DNA of 64,000 bases from the human T2T-CHM13v2.0 reference genome, Homo sapiens. Shown here in pieces: positions 26,742 through 41,112 of the stretch; positions within the stretch are counted from its first letter, which is position 1; the number at the start of each line of letters is the position of its first letter. Position numbers and translations under genes: made by a program. The notes below the pieces were generated by a model. The model did no database searches, was not told the DNA's origin, and saw only the letters and a program-made list of their open reading frames with translations. The stretch is from NCBI RefSeq assembly GCF_009914755.1, contig NC_060930.1, one strand, 5' to 3'.

Positions 26742-27170
26742 TGAAACAGTCCTATAGGATTGCCCACTAGTGAGCCAGCACTTCTCTTCTCTGGTTGCCT
26801 GGCAACAAGTCAATGGGACCAGCGCTCCTCTCCCTACAGGGTCTATCAGAACTGGTTTGCCACTCCCCTAGGCAGCTGGTATCAAGCTGCAAGGTGTTGG
26901 TCTCCACTGGCAACACCACTTTTATGTATGTAAAAGCCCTATTGTCACATTGCCTGCCTTCCCCAACCCCATATGCAAAGAAAGCAACAGAGACTACAGA
27001 GGCATTCCTCTCCTAGAGTACAAACCTGGCCCAAGTACACCTCTCTATGTGATGCCGAGGGTCTGCAGGCTGGGGTCTCCATGTATTCTGCCCGTTCTTT
27101 TGCCTGTGAGTTCTAGCCTGCACTGCTTGAGGCTTGTGACACTGTCTGAGCCCTTCTCCAAATACTTTCA
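26742..27170. mobile_element. Probable old LTR-like insert in HAL1 (family unassigned)
   Basis: GC-richer ~430-bp block bounded by TG...CA that interrupts A-rich HAL1-like sequence. No clear TSD. Confidence 0.35.
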
Positions 27171-30110
27171 TTGTCGGAAGTCAATATATAGTGCCTAAAA
27201 CAAAAAGAAAGGGAGTGTAAGCAATTGTTTAAGGCTACTTAGAGGCATTGAAATAAATGACAACAGAATCAATCAGTGCCTTGGGGAAGAAGGAAATGAG
27301 AAACTGGGGTGAAGGATTGCTATTTTTCATAACACATATTGTAGAACTATTGTGTATACAAAACCTTCATAAAGATAGAAACATGTTTTCAAAGAGGTTA
27401 AGCAAGTTGCTTTACTGTCGTACTTCTCAAATATTTAGTTAAGTAGAAAAATTCTAATGGTGGAATAGTGTAATCAGCATTCCCCAATCTTATTTGATTC
27501 TAGAATCTTTAAAAAATTTATTTCTTAAAACAATTACTTATTAATATCCACAAAGGCAGAAATGTTGCCATTTGGTAAATCATCCCTGTATACTAAAGTA
27601 CACAACTTTATAGAAAGCAGAAAATACCAAGGTCTATAGGAAGACATCATCTAGCACTTGCTGTGTGCCCACCTGCTCTTGTCCTGGGCATTGTGCTAGA
27701 GGTCATAGTGTGTGCTTGCTCATTTAATCAGCTTCTGATCATATCTGATGCTTTAATTTTGAGTCAGCCTCACAGCTCACTCATTCAAGAGAAATTCAGT
27801 GAGTGCCTACTATGTGTCAGGCACTTCTAGGGGAAATTACACAAAATACATGTGGTCCCTGACCTCACCAGAGAGATTCCACAGTACTGAAGAAGAAAAG
27901 GAGAATGGATACCTACATATTCAGACAATCCATCACCGTGGATCATTTTGCATTTCATTTACGCAATCCATTTTTGTAGGCTCTAAAGTAACTTTTACAT
28001 TGCTTTCAGCTGCTGCATGATTTGCTATATGCCAGCCCAGCCCAGGTAGGTTAGAGCCAAACACTATTCCCTTAATTCAAGATGCATGTCCATTTGCATC
28101 CTACATTCAGGGCTTCAAGGGTAGAGGGCTTCTACAACTTAAGCTGTAGTCTCCTTCTTTAGTTCTCTGAAGTATAGAAACCACTGCTATACAGTAACGT
28201 GACTGAGTTGATTGTACCATGAAAGCTCTCAAAAGTAACAGTGAGATATCTTCAGGACATTTCAGCTTCAGCTTTTCCCAGTGATGGCCCTGAGTCCTGC
28301 TTTCCTTAGACTTTGGTAATAGATTAAGACATAAACTCAGATTTTACTGAACTCCTGAAATGTACTGAAAGGCAAGGACTCAAATTATAAAAACATCAAA
28401 ATTCCTTTTTCTTTGTTAGATAAAGTTTGCTCAATTATTTTACCTACAAAAGTCATATTTGTTTATTTAAGCACATTTTTAAAAATTTTGGAAATACAGT
28501 TAAAATAATCAGCTATAGTCCCTCATCTAAAAATATCCATTTTTATGCATTTTCTTGCAAGATTAAAAAAAAGCCATTTCCATATAGATACTTGTCTTAA
28601 TTTCTAACAAATTAAGAGAACAATGGCCATGTGGGAAGCCACTGGTGGAAAAGCTGCAGGTACACACTGGGTCAGTTTTCCAGGCCATGACTTACAGTGC
28701 ACTTGATTTCCAGGGAGCAATGCATGCCTCACCACTGTGTTGTTAGAGGCTATGGACCACTTTATGACTGTGAGCATCTTCCTTTTGGATATAAGTACTA
28801 GAGAGAAACAAATCATTAGAGAGAGAGAGAAGTGAGTTTTGATTGTTAAAACACACGAAAGACATAGACTGCTGGAACTGTGCTTTGCTGCATAAAGAGC
28901 TGCTCTATCCCAAGAGTTAATAGAGTGCAGGGGCAGAGGCACGCCTAGGACATCAGCTGTCTGTCAGGTGGGGGAAGGGTGCAGAGCTATATGGATTCCT
29001 CAGCTGGAGGTCACTAGGCGCCCTTCATATGCTACAGGAGAAGAACGTTTAGCAATTGAAAACAGCTATGCTGGAAAACATGCCTTTCAATATAGTTCTT
29101 TGGCTTTTCTCCTTTGTTTAACGCTTCTAACATGTCATTTAATGTATTGATTTTCTTATTCAAAGTACATGTTAAGCATGTTCATCACAATCTGTGTTCA
29201 TTTCTTCTTGGCTAAAATAACTCACCATATTTTTAAAATAATAAATGAAGGTGATGTTTTGGGTTTTTTTTTTCACTTTTCACATTTGAAATATTATAAA
29301 TGGCTTGTGCCTTTTTCTAGGTTACATTTTAAAATAATCACAGATAGCCAGGGTTGGGAATAAAATTATTATTCTCGGAACTGCTTTACCATTTTAAAAA
29401 TATCAGCACCAACTTTAATTCGACTACTTGCTAAACAATTATAGTTTATACTATCATTATAGCTCTAGTTATAATATCATTCAGTTAAATCTTAGTCCTC
29501 CAACAGGCATCACTATACCTATACTTCATATAAAGGTGGTAAGAAAGCCAAGACTGAGAAAGGACAAATAATTTTACCTTGATTGCCATAGAAGGATACT
29601 TAGGAAAGTCTCTTTTGGGATACTATGCAGGGGGCCCTAAAACAAATGTCTCTTTGTTATAAAACTTATTTATTTGGTCATTGAACTCCGCCTTAAATTA
29701 GATGAAGCCAGCAGGCCTTAAATATAATCCAGCTAATGTAACTGGATTACAATGCAGCAATTTGAAATAGTCATTAATGCCATGCTTAAAATATGAGTGG
29801 CTTCCATCAACATAATATAAAAGGATTACCTCTTCCTCAGTGGTCCAGTTCCAGAACACATGGCCGTATTTCCTACACCAATTTGACACCATAAACAAAA
29901 AAGACCCAAAGGCCATGTCTCCAGTGAAGCTCAAGACAACAGGACAAACACTGGGACAGTGCTGCTATTACCGCATATACCAAGAGCTGCTGGCAAAAGT
30001 GATGTTCTTCTACTATCCTGATGAGGCAACAGTTTCCACAGGGACCCACAGGTTGCTGGAACAATGCTGACACCTCTTTTCTAAGGGAAGTGGATTGAGT
30101 CCTTCTTAGG

Positions 30111-30247
30111 TAGAATTGCCAGTTAAAATACAGGACACCCAAATATTTCATACGACATTCTTATACTAAAAAATTATTCATTCTTTATCTAAAATTCAAA
30201 TGTAAATGGGTGTCCTATATTTTTCTTTGCTAAATATGGCAATCTTA
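30111..30247 (+). mobile_element. MER53 (hAT MITE), internally deleted
   Basis: Termini TAGAATTGCCAG / TGGCAATCTTA, AAAATACAGGACACCC / GGGTGTCCTATATTTTT inverted arms, and GACATTCTTATACTAAAAAATTATTC core. Confidence 0.8.
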
Positions 30248-31810
30248 TTCCTGTGGTAGGGATAAATTACTTCCCTTTTGGGGTAGAAATCCTCCATTTT
30301 TCTCTTTGCTTAATTTAGGGAAAATAGGAAGGGATATAAAAATTTTGCTTACAAGTCTGTGTTCTCCTCGTGAAGACCCACTTATTTAGAGGAAAAATAA
30401 CTTAGAAAAATAGAGTTTAGTCAAACTGGTCCGGAAGTCTAAGAACTCAAAGTGATTGCATAGTCTGAAGTCTGAGAGTTACATATTCCCAGCATCTACT
30501 CTTATCCATAAAATCTAATAATAAATAAATCAGCATAATTGGTCATGCAAATGGGAATTAGAAAGGTTCCATGTTTGCCTTGATTTTACTATTGGAAAAT
30601 AACTTCTCCACGCTTCCATTTTATCTTCAGGGATTTGAATAAGGGAAGATGGATAACAGTCTAAGATGGAGTTGGGTTTTAAAAAAATCAGACCATTGTG
30701 GGGCACCTCAAAAGTGGGTAGTCTTTAACTAAATATGTAATATTATTCATATTGTAAATGTTCTTTAAAAAAAGCATTACCTTTTTAGGGTCAGGCATAT
30801 TTATAAATAGGTATAAACGTTAGTTTTTACATAATCTGAATTGAAGAATGCTGGGAAACTCCTCTTATGTCAAATTATTTCCTCTCCCTAAATGCTACAG
30901 TGCTTAAAAGATCAGCATCCAATATTCATTTTATCAGTTTCTTTAAATCTCCAGGAAGGTATTATTACAGCACTAATACTTTTAAGTAAATGATTTTATA
31001 GGGATACTGGAGTTCAGACAGCAGAAACATAATTAATCTTAATTCAGGTCACCAGATAGTGCAAAAAAGGACAAGAAGGTAGTGGTGGGAGGTGAGGATC
31101 ATACCCAAGAGAAATAACAGTTGCCCCATAAATGTGCCTGCAGTGGTCCTTACTCATGCTCTTTATTCCACTCCCAAATGTGTCACACTTTTAGTTGAAG
31201 AGACAGTCATTTTTGTTTAACCATTCCCATTTTCTCCTGCTCTCTGAGTACAATCCATTCACTCTTGGCCCTACTCTTGTCCAGTGTAGGCTGCCAAACT
31301 GGCTCAATTCAGATAACATAGGAGGGTTCAGAGGAGCTTTCCCTATTCACCACTAACTTGCTGTGTGACTCCAGGCAAATTGCTTAACATCTCTGGACCT
31401 TGGTTTCAGCATCATACAACGTTGAAGTGTCATTAGATGGTCTGTCAGTCTTACCAAGAAAGGAAAGAGAAAAACTTACATCACTGAAATCTTGTAATTG
31501 GTTCAGCAGGGGAAATATATTATCCCACCCACCATTGCTTGACCCCTTACTAGCCATATGTTCTGGGGAAATTTACTTCATCTCTCTTTGCCTTTGTTTT
31601 TGTTTTATCTGCAAGCAGGGAAAAATAATGCCTACTAGACTATGATGTCATGATAATAAAAGGAGTTAAATCAGTTGACATGTAAAAGATGCTTAATGCA
31701 TTTTATCTATTATCATAACTAATAATAGCTATTACTTTCTCCAAGAATTATTTTTCTTTCAAAGAAAAAAATTAGTTATGTCAACAACCCTGAGATAGTG
31801 TTGGCTCTAG

Positions 31811-32184
<374 letters not shown>

Positions 32185-34839
32185 CCGATTAATACTTTTC
32201 AATAAGAACTTTGTTTTTAGGAAGAATTTTTAAAAAGTAAAAATTCATATTATCATAACCAACTGCTCAGAACAAAGACTTTTTTTACATATAAGGAATT
32301 CAACAAACCAGAAAAAATAATCTTGATTTCTGCTCCCAAGTAATCCCCATATTTTAATACCTAGGTATAACACAGTCATACTATTGAGCAAAATACAAAG
32401 GAAAATCACACATTTAATTTTGAAATGACAAATTAAAGTTGTTACCTTCCTAGACCGACATAATAAAAACACATCATTACTTAATGGAGTAGACTGTAGA
32501 TAGATTGTAAATATCTGAGACTTAAACAAAGATTTCAACCATATTTCATTCTTTTCTTCTTTCAATTTAAGAAGTCTACTGTCTGCTGAGGAGTACTTTT
32601 CTCTCTCTGGTTGCATTTATTTCCACCACCACATTCCTGGTGCTGCTCCTGAATTTATCACTTACCCAAACAATTTTTGTTAACCTAAGTTTCACCAGTA
32701 GTATATTAAAACATTAAATATTTTTCTTAACAGAGAATGAAGAAATCATTTATGGTACAAAATGCTTTGTGTTGTCATGAATTTTCATTTGTCTGGCATC
32801 TATCTGATTGTTGCAACTGCACTATTTCATGTTATCATCTTTTTTCTTTTCTTTTTGGAATGTAGAAAATGTTAGCCCTGGAAGTGGTTAATGTGACGAA
32901 AAGCACATTAGAATAAAAAAAAAAATCCACCTCAATCCAAAGGGATGGCATTAAGTGGAATCCAGTGTATCATGGAGCACCTAATGCACACAAGATGTGG
33001 AGCATGTCCCCTGGTCAGAACTTTTAAATACTAAGTAGCAGTGAATGGGAGAAATAAATCAAATGGGAGGATAGCTGGAATAATAAACAGTGAAGATGCT
33101 TCATACTCACACTCCAGCAAAGCAAGATGAAAAAGTGATCATGGCTGTCGTGAGCTATTACTGAATGAAGAACTTCGTTTTAGCTCTTCTAACTTGAAAA
33201 ATGGAAAAAAAGAAAGAAAGAAATGAAAAGAAAAAGAAAGAATGCTGGAGGCAAATAGCTTTTTTTTCCTTGAGTCTCTCAAACTCATTGTCAGTAAAAC
33301 AAACTGCTATGTATCATCTGTTTAGTGACAGAAAATATATATATTGAGATCAAAGATAATCAAGGTACACCTGGTTATTATTTGTAAAGACTTAACTGTA
33401 AGTTTTTAATGATTAATTTATCTGCCACATAACGCTTTAATAGATCATGTGAAACATCAAGGGAGGAATGTGGTACTGCATTTCTAAAGCCTCCTTCTCT
33501 GTCTCTGAATGATAATAGGCATGGGAGTCATCATTAGTCTTGTTAGACGATGGTTCCTTTAGGAATCTCTACGTGTTACCTTTTAGAGGGAAGGTCAAAG
33601 AAGCCACCCCTGGGGACTCCCCTGCAGGATACAACTAACACAAGCATAAACTGTATGGAAATGGCTAAATTGTCTTTACTGAGACCTTAGTCTTTCGCAT
33701 CAATCAAGTCCTTCTGAACTAGTAAAACAGATAAGCACCCTGCTGGCAAAAGTGTTACTATCCTTATGCTTGTCATGACTGGCACTACAAATTTAACAAT
33801 AAACAGGCAGTTATTTGTCTTCCTTCTTTAAAAAAACAAAATAAGTGTGCCGAAAGACATACAGTTGCAAGGAAAACTCATTTTAATGGCGAACAGAAAG
33901 ACGAAAAAATTGCTAAGTGGATTCAGTGTCACTCTCTTTCAGTCCTTCCTCAAAAGACCCTGTATCCAGGATCCAATTGTAACTGCTATCATGCACATGG
34001 AGAAGGTAATATGAATCTGACAAGCCAAAACAAAGCAAACCGGGACCCCATGGCTGCCATGTGGGAGGGGGCAGATTTATCCACCCTCACGTCTCAGCTT
34101 CCTGAGTGTGGAGCCTGTGTCAATGCCTCATCCTGACACCTAACTCATGGGGGAATTATAAGTCATCAATACCAATGACTGTAAAACACTTTGTAAATAA
34201 AAATGGCTTAGAAGTTCCAATTAACAACAGAAAGTAACCCTCTGGGATGTACTAGAGAGAAATAACTACAGCCATAAATAAGCAATGGTGAATTTAGGTT
34301 CACTTCTTATTTCAATGCCATTAAAAATGGATCTCCTTCCAATCTCCAATCTGAAGACTCAGCCATGATATTTTTTCTCATTTACACTATACAAAGTCAT
34401 GCGCATGAGTGGAAGCATTGAGGAAATACAGGATTGGGCATTCCCTACTATTTTAATATGAGTATTACAAGCATACATACTCTTATCTACCTTCATGTCA
34501 AACAGAAACAAAAACAACAACAAAACAACCAGAAGTAGTATAACTTAACTTAGCTAACTGTATGGCCACCACAGATGTGCGGTAAACAGGGAGCATAGCA
34601 GGCCCAAGAAGTGGCTATAGTGCACACCCTTAGTGTACTTCATGCTTGCCCCATTTAGAACCTTCACAGGCTCACACGATGGATTATCAATCTGACTCAG
34701 GAAGTATCCACTGAGCCTGTAGCACAATGTCCCAGGCACTGTGCTAATCACTGCCAATATATCTCACTTATACCTGTGAGGAAAAGAGGCTTGGGAAGCA
34801 ATTTGATATGACCAAATTATAATTAAATTAATAGCCATA

Positions 34840-35050
34840 TAATACTTACTAAATGTCATGAATTATTCTAAATGCATTATAGAAAAATCAACCCATTATT
34901 ACTCAGAATAGCCCTATGAAGCAAGTACTACTGTTATCCACATTTTAAGATAAAGAAACCCAGAGAGATTGAATAACTTGCCCAAGGTCACAGAGAACTG
35001 AGACTTGAACCTGGGCAGTTGGACTCCAGAGTCCATGCTTTTAACCACTT
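34840..35050 (-). mobile_element. MIR
   Basis: CATTTTAAGATAAAGAAACCCAGAGAGATTGAATAACTTGCCCAAGGTCACAG...GACTCCAGAGTCCATGCTTTTAACCACT. Confidence 0.75.
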
Positions 35051-36410
35051 CTCAACCTGGAAAAAGAGCCCAAGTTTTTGGTTCCACACTTAGTGTCTAG
35101 GGTCTCTGCTTGATTTTAAAAATTAAAAAATAAATAAATCTGGTAAGACACAGCAGCTTATCCTTCAGGTCCTCATGTGCCTGTGCAATGACAGACAGGC
35201 AAACAACTATAGGGTGATAGAAGTCACAGGAATGTGCAGAATAGTCAGGAAATGTAAATAAGGGAGCATTTAGCTCAGACTGGGGCCTTCAAAGAAATCT
35301 TAGAAGAAGATAATGAATTGTGGTTTCCATTTCCTTAGAAAATCTAGTTATATGTGCCTCTATTTTTTGGCAGGCATTCTTGCAACCTTTGGCCTAAGTA
35401 TGCACAGCATGTCCATAGGAATAATTTCAAATATAATATGAAAAAAAAATTAGCACCACCCTTAGCTTCTATTAAGTCTATTGTAAGATCAGGGTCCATA
35501 GTAGCAAAACTCATGCTGCCATAGCTTGACCAGAAACCAGGGGACAGTTCAGGGTACTCAGCTGCCCCTCTGAAAAGATGTTAGCCATGAGGCATCTATA
35601 GAGCATCTTTAGCTGCCTAGTGAGTTTGGCTGACTCTCCAATCACCACAGAGGTCCCGATGGGCAGAGGTTCTGACTATCCTGCCCAGAAGAAGCATGAG
35701 GGGGAGAGCAGCAGTTGTTCTACCCAGCAGGGACTATCTCTACAGCAAACATCACCTCCAAATCAGAGCTCCCAACCTTGCAGAAAGACCCCCACTTACA
35801 GGAAGACAACTCAGTGGGGAGAAGGTGTTTGGGGAAGATGAATTGTGGGAGGAGGAAGGGAGAAGGGATTGGCCGACGCAGGCAGCATCCTCAGCTTCTG
35901 TTTGGCCCTTGATTTCTCTCTGTAGAGGAGATTGACCTCCAGGAAAAACAGACCTCCCTTCCCCCTCCACCCCTTCAGCATAGCAGTGATGCCTGCACAG
36001 GTCCTGTCCCGGCCATACACCTACCAAGAATACACCAAAGCCATTAAACATACCGATCTTTAGTGACTAAAAGGCTGCCATCTTTTTAGCCTTTTAAAAT
36101 ATATGGCACATGTATACAATGAAAAGCAATGATGTTATAGATTTATTGACATGGAAATATGTTCACTATGTATGGAGTGAAAATAAATAGGTTATGAGAA
36201 ATAAATACCAAATCCAGTTTTGTAAATGGTTATATACATATAAAAAGGCTAGAAAAATATGCATCAGGATATTTACAATGAAGGGATTATTACAAGTATT
36301 TTTTCTTCCTTGTGCTATCTGTCTTCTTTATGAAGACTATGTATTATTTATTTGTTTATTTACTTTTTTGAAAGAGCTATTTTAGTTTTTCCTTGGGAAG
36401 AGGGAGATTT

Positions 36411-36738
36411 TTATTTCTTATTTTTTATTTTTTGGAGATGTAGTCTCACTCTGCCTCCCAGGATGAAGTGCAGTTTCTGAACACAGCTCACTATAACCCT
36501 GACCTCCTGGGCTCAAGCAACGCTCCCATCTCTGCTTCCCAAGTAAAAGGGACCATAGGTGCACACTGGGACCATAGGTGTGTGCCACCATGCCTGGCTG
36601 ATTTTCTTTCTTTTTTTTTTTTGTAGGGACAGGGTCTCATGTTGACTAGGCTGGTCTCAAACTCCTGGCCTCAAGCAATCCTCCCACCTTGGCCTCTGAA
36701 AGTGATGGGATTTCAGGTGTGAGCCACTGCGCCCAGCC
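36411..36738 (-). mobile_element. AluJ with an internal 19-bp tandem duplication
   Basis: AluJ motifs (GGGCTCAAGCAA, CTCAAGCAATCCTCCCACC). GGGACCATAGGTG occurs at 36549 and again at 36568. Degenerate TSD GGAAGAGGGAGATT / GGAAGTAGGAGATT. Confidence 0.9.
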
Positions 36739-39700
36739 AGGAAGTAGGAGATTCTTAAATAGGTGATAATAGTATCAGTTATTATCGGTGTTAGTGGTTT
36801 GATTTCATTGAAATAGCTCAGGCTAAGGAACAATACTTTAATGGCAGGGAGAGAAGTATGTTGATGAACTGGATTTGTCAGCTCTTTCCTGATGACTAAA
36901 ATCAAATGTGAAGTGGTTATTGCCATTTAGCATATCCCCAGAATTCAGACTTTATGATTTCCCTGTCACTCACCAAATCAAAATCAGAGTATCCCAAAGT
37001 AGATATGTTAGAAGAAGAAAACCAAAAGATTGAATAACTCAATCAATTTGGGAAATGTTGAGCTAACTAGTGTTAAATAGTCATCTTTCTTGCAGGATTT
37101 CTGAGAGCCTCATTATGCTAATGTACATTGTATATTTCCCACAAAATAACAGTCTTCCCAACTTTATATTTATCCATGGAATTCATTTTTGCCAAAGCAT
37201 CACATGTGACCAGTGACAAGTGAATGCTGCATTGCTTGGCAACACCGTTCTAAGTAGTAATCTAGAAACACCTGTAAACACATATACTAACTCCCTCAGG
37301 AGAATTTTTAAATGGTTTCACAAATATAAATCTATTATTTTCATCAATGATGCGCTAATTTCAGAAACTATGAGATTAGTCATGATATTAAGTCAGTTCC
37401 ACCAGGTTGCTTCACCAGAAGCACCGAAGAGTTTCATATCAGTGAATAAATGTCTGAATTCAAAATCTGTGACATCACTTTCAAGTAAAGGGGACCAGTC
37501 TGTAGACAAAATAGAATGTACACCTGTCACTGCCATTCTTTTGAGTCATTACAGTTTATAAATTTATACACCATGAAAAGCTTTATTTATGTTCATATGG
37601 TGTGAAAATTGCAAGAAAAACTTTAAATTAATTACCTTTTTTTAAAGAAAGCAATTGAAATTTATCACAGACAGTAAGGGAATTTATTTACATGCCATAA
37701 AGCTTCTTAAAATACAGTCATGAAATATGAGTTAGGAAAAGTAGCTCATGCCCTCACATGTCCTCAAGACGGAAAAGCAAATTAGCTGGCCTTAACTGCA
37801 AACCACAGTCTTGTGGCTTTGGTCTCTCTCCTCAGCTTAGCTTTTGCAGGATCTCAAAGGCAGACTTGACTCAACAATATGATCTTTTCTTTTGGGTTTA
37901 CTCAACATTTTCCCCCAGAATCTACATGATCTGCTCTTAAGAAGCTGAGCAGTTAAGACAGTTTATCATGGTTTCCCCTCACACCTCAGGAATAGACACC
38001 AGTTGAACCACATCTCAGAATCCATTTAGCTGGGGGTGAGGAGGGGTGCTTCTAGGACTGGATCTTTTTTCCTCTCTCTCTCTTAGAAGTATCTTTTTAT
38101 TTCACTGTGAAATAAGCTGATTAGTATGTAGAAAAGCAACAGTCCGTTGATTTCCACAAATGCGTTTTGATTTTTTATTCTGGGCTTCAAGTCTTTCCTG
38201 CATACATTTAACCGCAGCCCACTCCATCAAAGGTACATTTACTGGGCTGAGGGTTTAGGGGGTGGGCTCCTCCCTGGAATCTTGCTTACATTTGCATGTG
38301 AAAAGAAAGAAATGCTTTTGAGTAATTAGTCATCTGAAATTCTGCACCATGAGGAAAAAAAATTGCTTTTGGATATTTATGGAGAGAAAAATCCATATGG
38401 ACAATGAATACCCTATTAATGCATTGGGGGGAAGGGACAGGGATGTAGCACATTATGTTGAATTTCATCCAAACAATGATAAAAATAATATTGCCACTTT
38501 CTTATAAATAGTAGCTACAATAGAAAGTAGCACAAAGCTGTCTTACTCACAACTTAAATTTCTTATATTTATTCTATGATCTTAAAAAGCCCTTTCTTTT
38601 TGACCTAATATGTTCATGCCATATTGAAGAAACTCATGATCAATATGTATTGATTTGATCACTAATTGCATTAATTTTGCTTTAGAAATTAGAAAGGCTC
38701 TAATGAAAATGTGAAGTCACTTCAAGATAGTACATTATGGGCAGGCTAATTTAGCTGGGCTCTGTGCATCAGATTATTTCATTATGAACCTTCAATTACC
38801 ATACAAATGAATGAGATAAATAGCCTTTTCTGAGCAGATTTACATTTTTGAATTCGTCTATAAATTTCAAGAGCTTAAGTTAATTTATAACCTAACATCA
38901 TATTTAATATACAAATAGTTCAATCATGAATGCATTATCTGCATAAACCCTTACTCTGGCCCTTCACATTATGCTTTGAACAACATTTGAAACAATCACT
39001 GTTTTTTAAATACTTGCTTGTACTACATTTAATCTCTTAAAGAAAAATGTGAAATAAATATTTTTGTTAAAATCTTGCATATTATTGCTTAGCAATTGGC
39101 GCAATGAAACCAAGTGATGAAGAGGTATGCTGTTCAAGATTTATAAAACCCTAGAGATGTGAAATAGTCAAGCTGATTGTGAAATTGAGTGCAGATGCTA
39201 AAATAACATCTCAAGAAACAAGAGAACATAGAGCCTTTTAAATTCTTAATGTATTTCTGCTGTTTGAAAAAACCTACCTGTACAATTGAATTAAATAAAA
39301 AAGACACCAGAAGTAGATATCTTTACCATAAGATTCTACTTAATTTGGTCTTGGGGTGGAGTGGTATTGTGGTAGATGGGAGAAATGTGGCCAGAAGGCA
39401 AAAGTAAAGATAATGTTAAGGAGGTGCCCAGAATTCTGAGATATCTTGAAGAAAAACAATGCATCAAAATAAAATCTAGGTAATATTTTGCAAATAAGTA
39501 TTTGAAAGTTCATTCTGTTCTCAGGCTGTGTATTTATATACACTGAAGAAAATGAAATAGCTAGCACTAATGGATATTTCATGTGGTCCTATAAAGTTTT
39601 GAAGTGGTGCTGATAATAATAATGGACAGAACATGCCATCTACTTTTGCTGTTTAGTATTTCATGATAAAATCATGAACACACAGTCTGGGCATCTAATT

Positions 39701-40965
39701 CGTACAGTTATTATTATTGTACACTTAGGAATTTTAAAACCTCTAAAATAGTCCAATGGTTCAATTTATACCTTCATTCATTATTCTTATTCACTGACAT
39801 TATAAGACCCTCATGGCATGATAATCAAAAATCAGTGAATTATCACATAATTTAGGATAAAGCATATTTCACAAGCAAAGGCTTTATGAGAGAATATCAG
39901 GGCTGAGGGCTCAATAGAGATCAACTAGCCCCTTAGCACTCAATGTGCAGTCTTAGATGAGCACCTGGGAACAAATGTGGACTCTCTTTGCAGACCTTTG
40001 AATCCAAATCTAAATTTAGTATGATGCCCAGGAAATTCATGTGCATGTTAGTTTGAGAAGTACTTGTTTAGTCTTTCATTATCTTTTTATAAACATGGCA
40101 ACTAAGGCAAAGAAAGCTTGAGAATGCTGTTCAAGGTGGCAAAAATTAACTCTTATCTATGGCTGAAAGCTATGGTGGTTCAAGCATGGTGCTTTGTAGA
40201 TCCCAGTCATGGGTCAGGTCTACAAAGGTTAACTTTGCTGAACTCCCAGCCAGCTTTGGGAATTGCTTGTAATGGTTATAAAGAGCATGTTTGAGAGTAT
40301 GTTGATGGATGGATACTAGTGTAGCACCATTCCAAGAACAATCATTCTGAATTTCTATTTTTCAGAATCATTTAATCAGTCCAGCTCACGAGCAAGTGCC
40401 AACATCCATCTACCCTGCACTACCTTCTAGATAGAAAATTCAGAATAAGAGATAATAGTTGTATCCTTAATTTACCCATTCATAGAAAAAGTGTGAGAGT
40501 CAAGCATGACATGTTTGTCAATATTTCACCACATAAAAATTAAAACAGCAAGGGGTGATAACAAGTGGAGGAATTTTTAGTGTGGCTACCTGCAGCTGAG
40601 TATGTACAAAGCAAGTAAACAGTGGCCCAGTATAGACACAGCTGAGGGCACTTAATTAGTGACAATTACTACATTGTTCTAAGCTGCCTGTAACCTTGCT
40701 TTCTCCCTTTAGATAAACTCATTTAAGTAAATACAATGTCAAGAAAATGGACAAGCCCTTTGACTTGCTAGAGAACCATGAAAGTGCTGTATTCTATCAA
40801 TTAAACATGATTCTTTCTTTTAAGAGGAATTAGATCTAACATTTGCTTCAAAATTTCATACAGCTCTCCACACATTGTGTATATTAGTTCTTTAGTGTTA
40901 AATGTGTAGCAAATCGATTTTTCTTTTCAAAAATTTATACTAATAATGATCACACACTAAATCTT

Positions 40966-41112
40966 TTTTTTTAATTATACTTTAAATTTTAGGGTACATG
41001 TGCACAATGTGCAGGTTTGTTACATAGTTATACATGTGCCATGTTGGTGTGCTCTACCCATTAACTCGTCATTTAGCATTAGATATATCTCCTAATGCTA
41101 TCCCTCCTCCCT
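40966..41112 (-). mobile_element. Extremely 5'-truncated L1PA (3'-terminal ~145 bp)
   Basis: TTATACTTTAAATTTTAGGGTACATGTGCACAATGTGCAGG...CCTAATGCTATCCCTCC. TSD CA(C/T)ACTAAATCTT at 40953-40965 and 41113-41125. Confidence 0.92.

Noticed and set aside
29698-30151. Overlapping 76-92 aa ORFs on both strands
   Set aside because: No recognisable domain or splice context, and lengths are within chance expectation.
35620-36051. Cluster of five overlapping ORFs in a GC-richer patch
   Set aside because: Higher GC lowers stop frequency. There is no protein similarity I recognise, and the patch may be an old LTR remnant.
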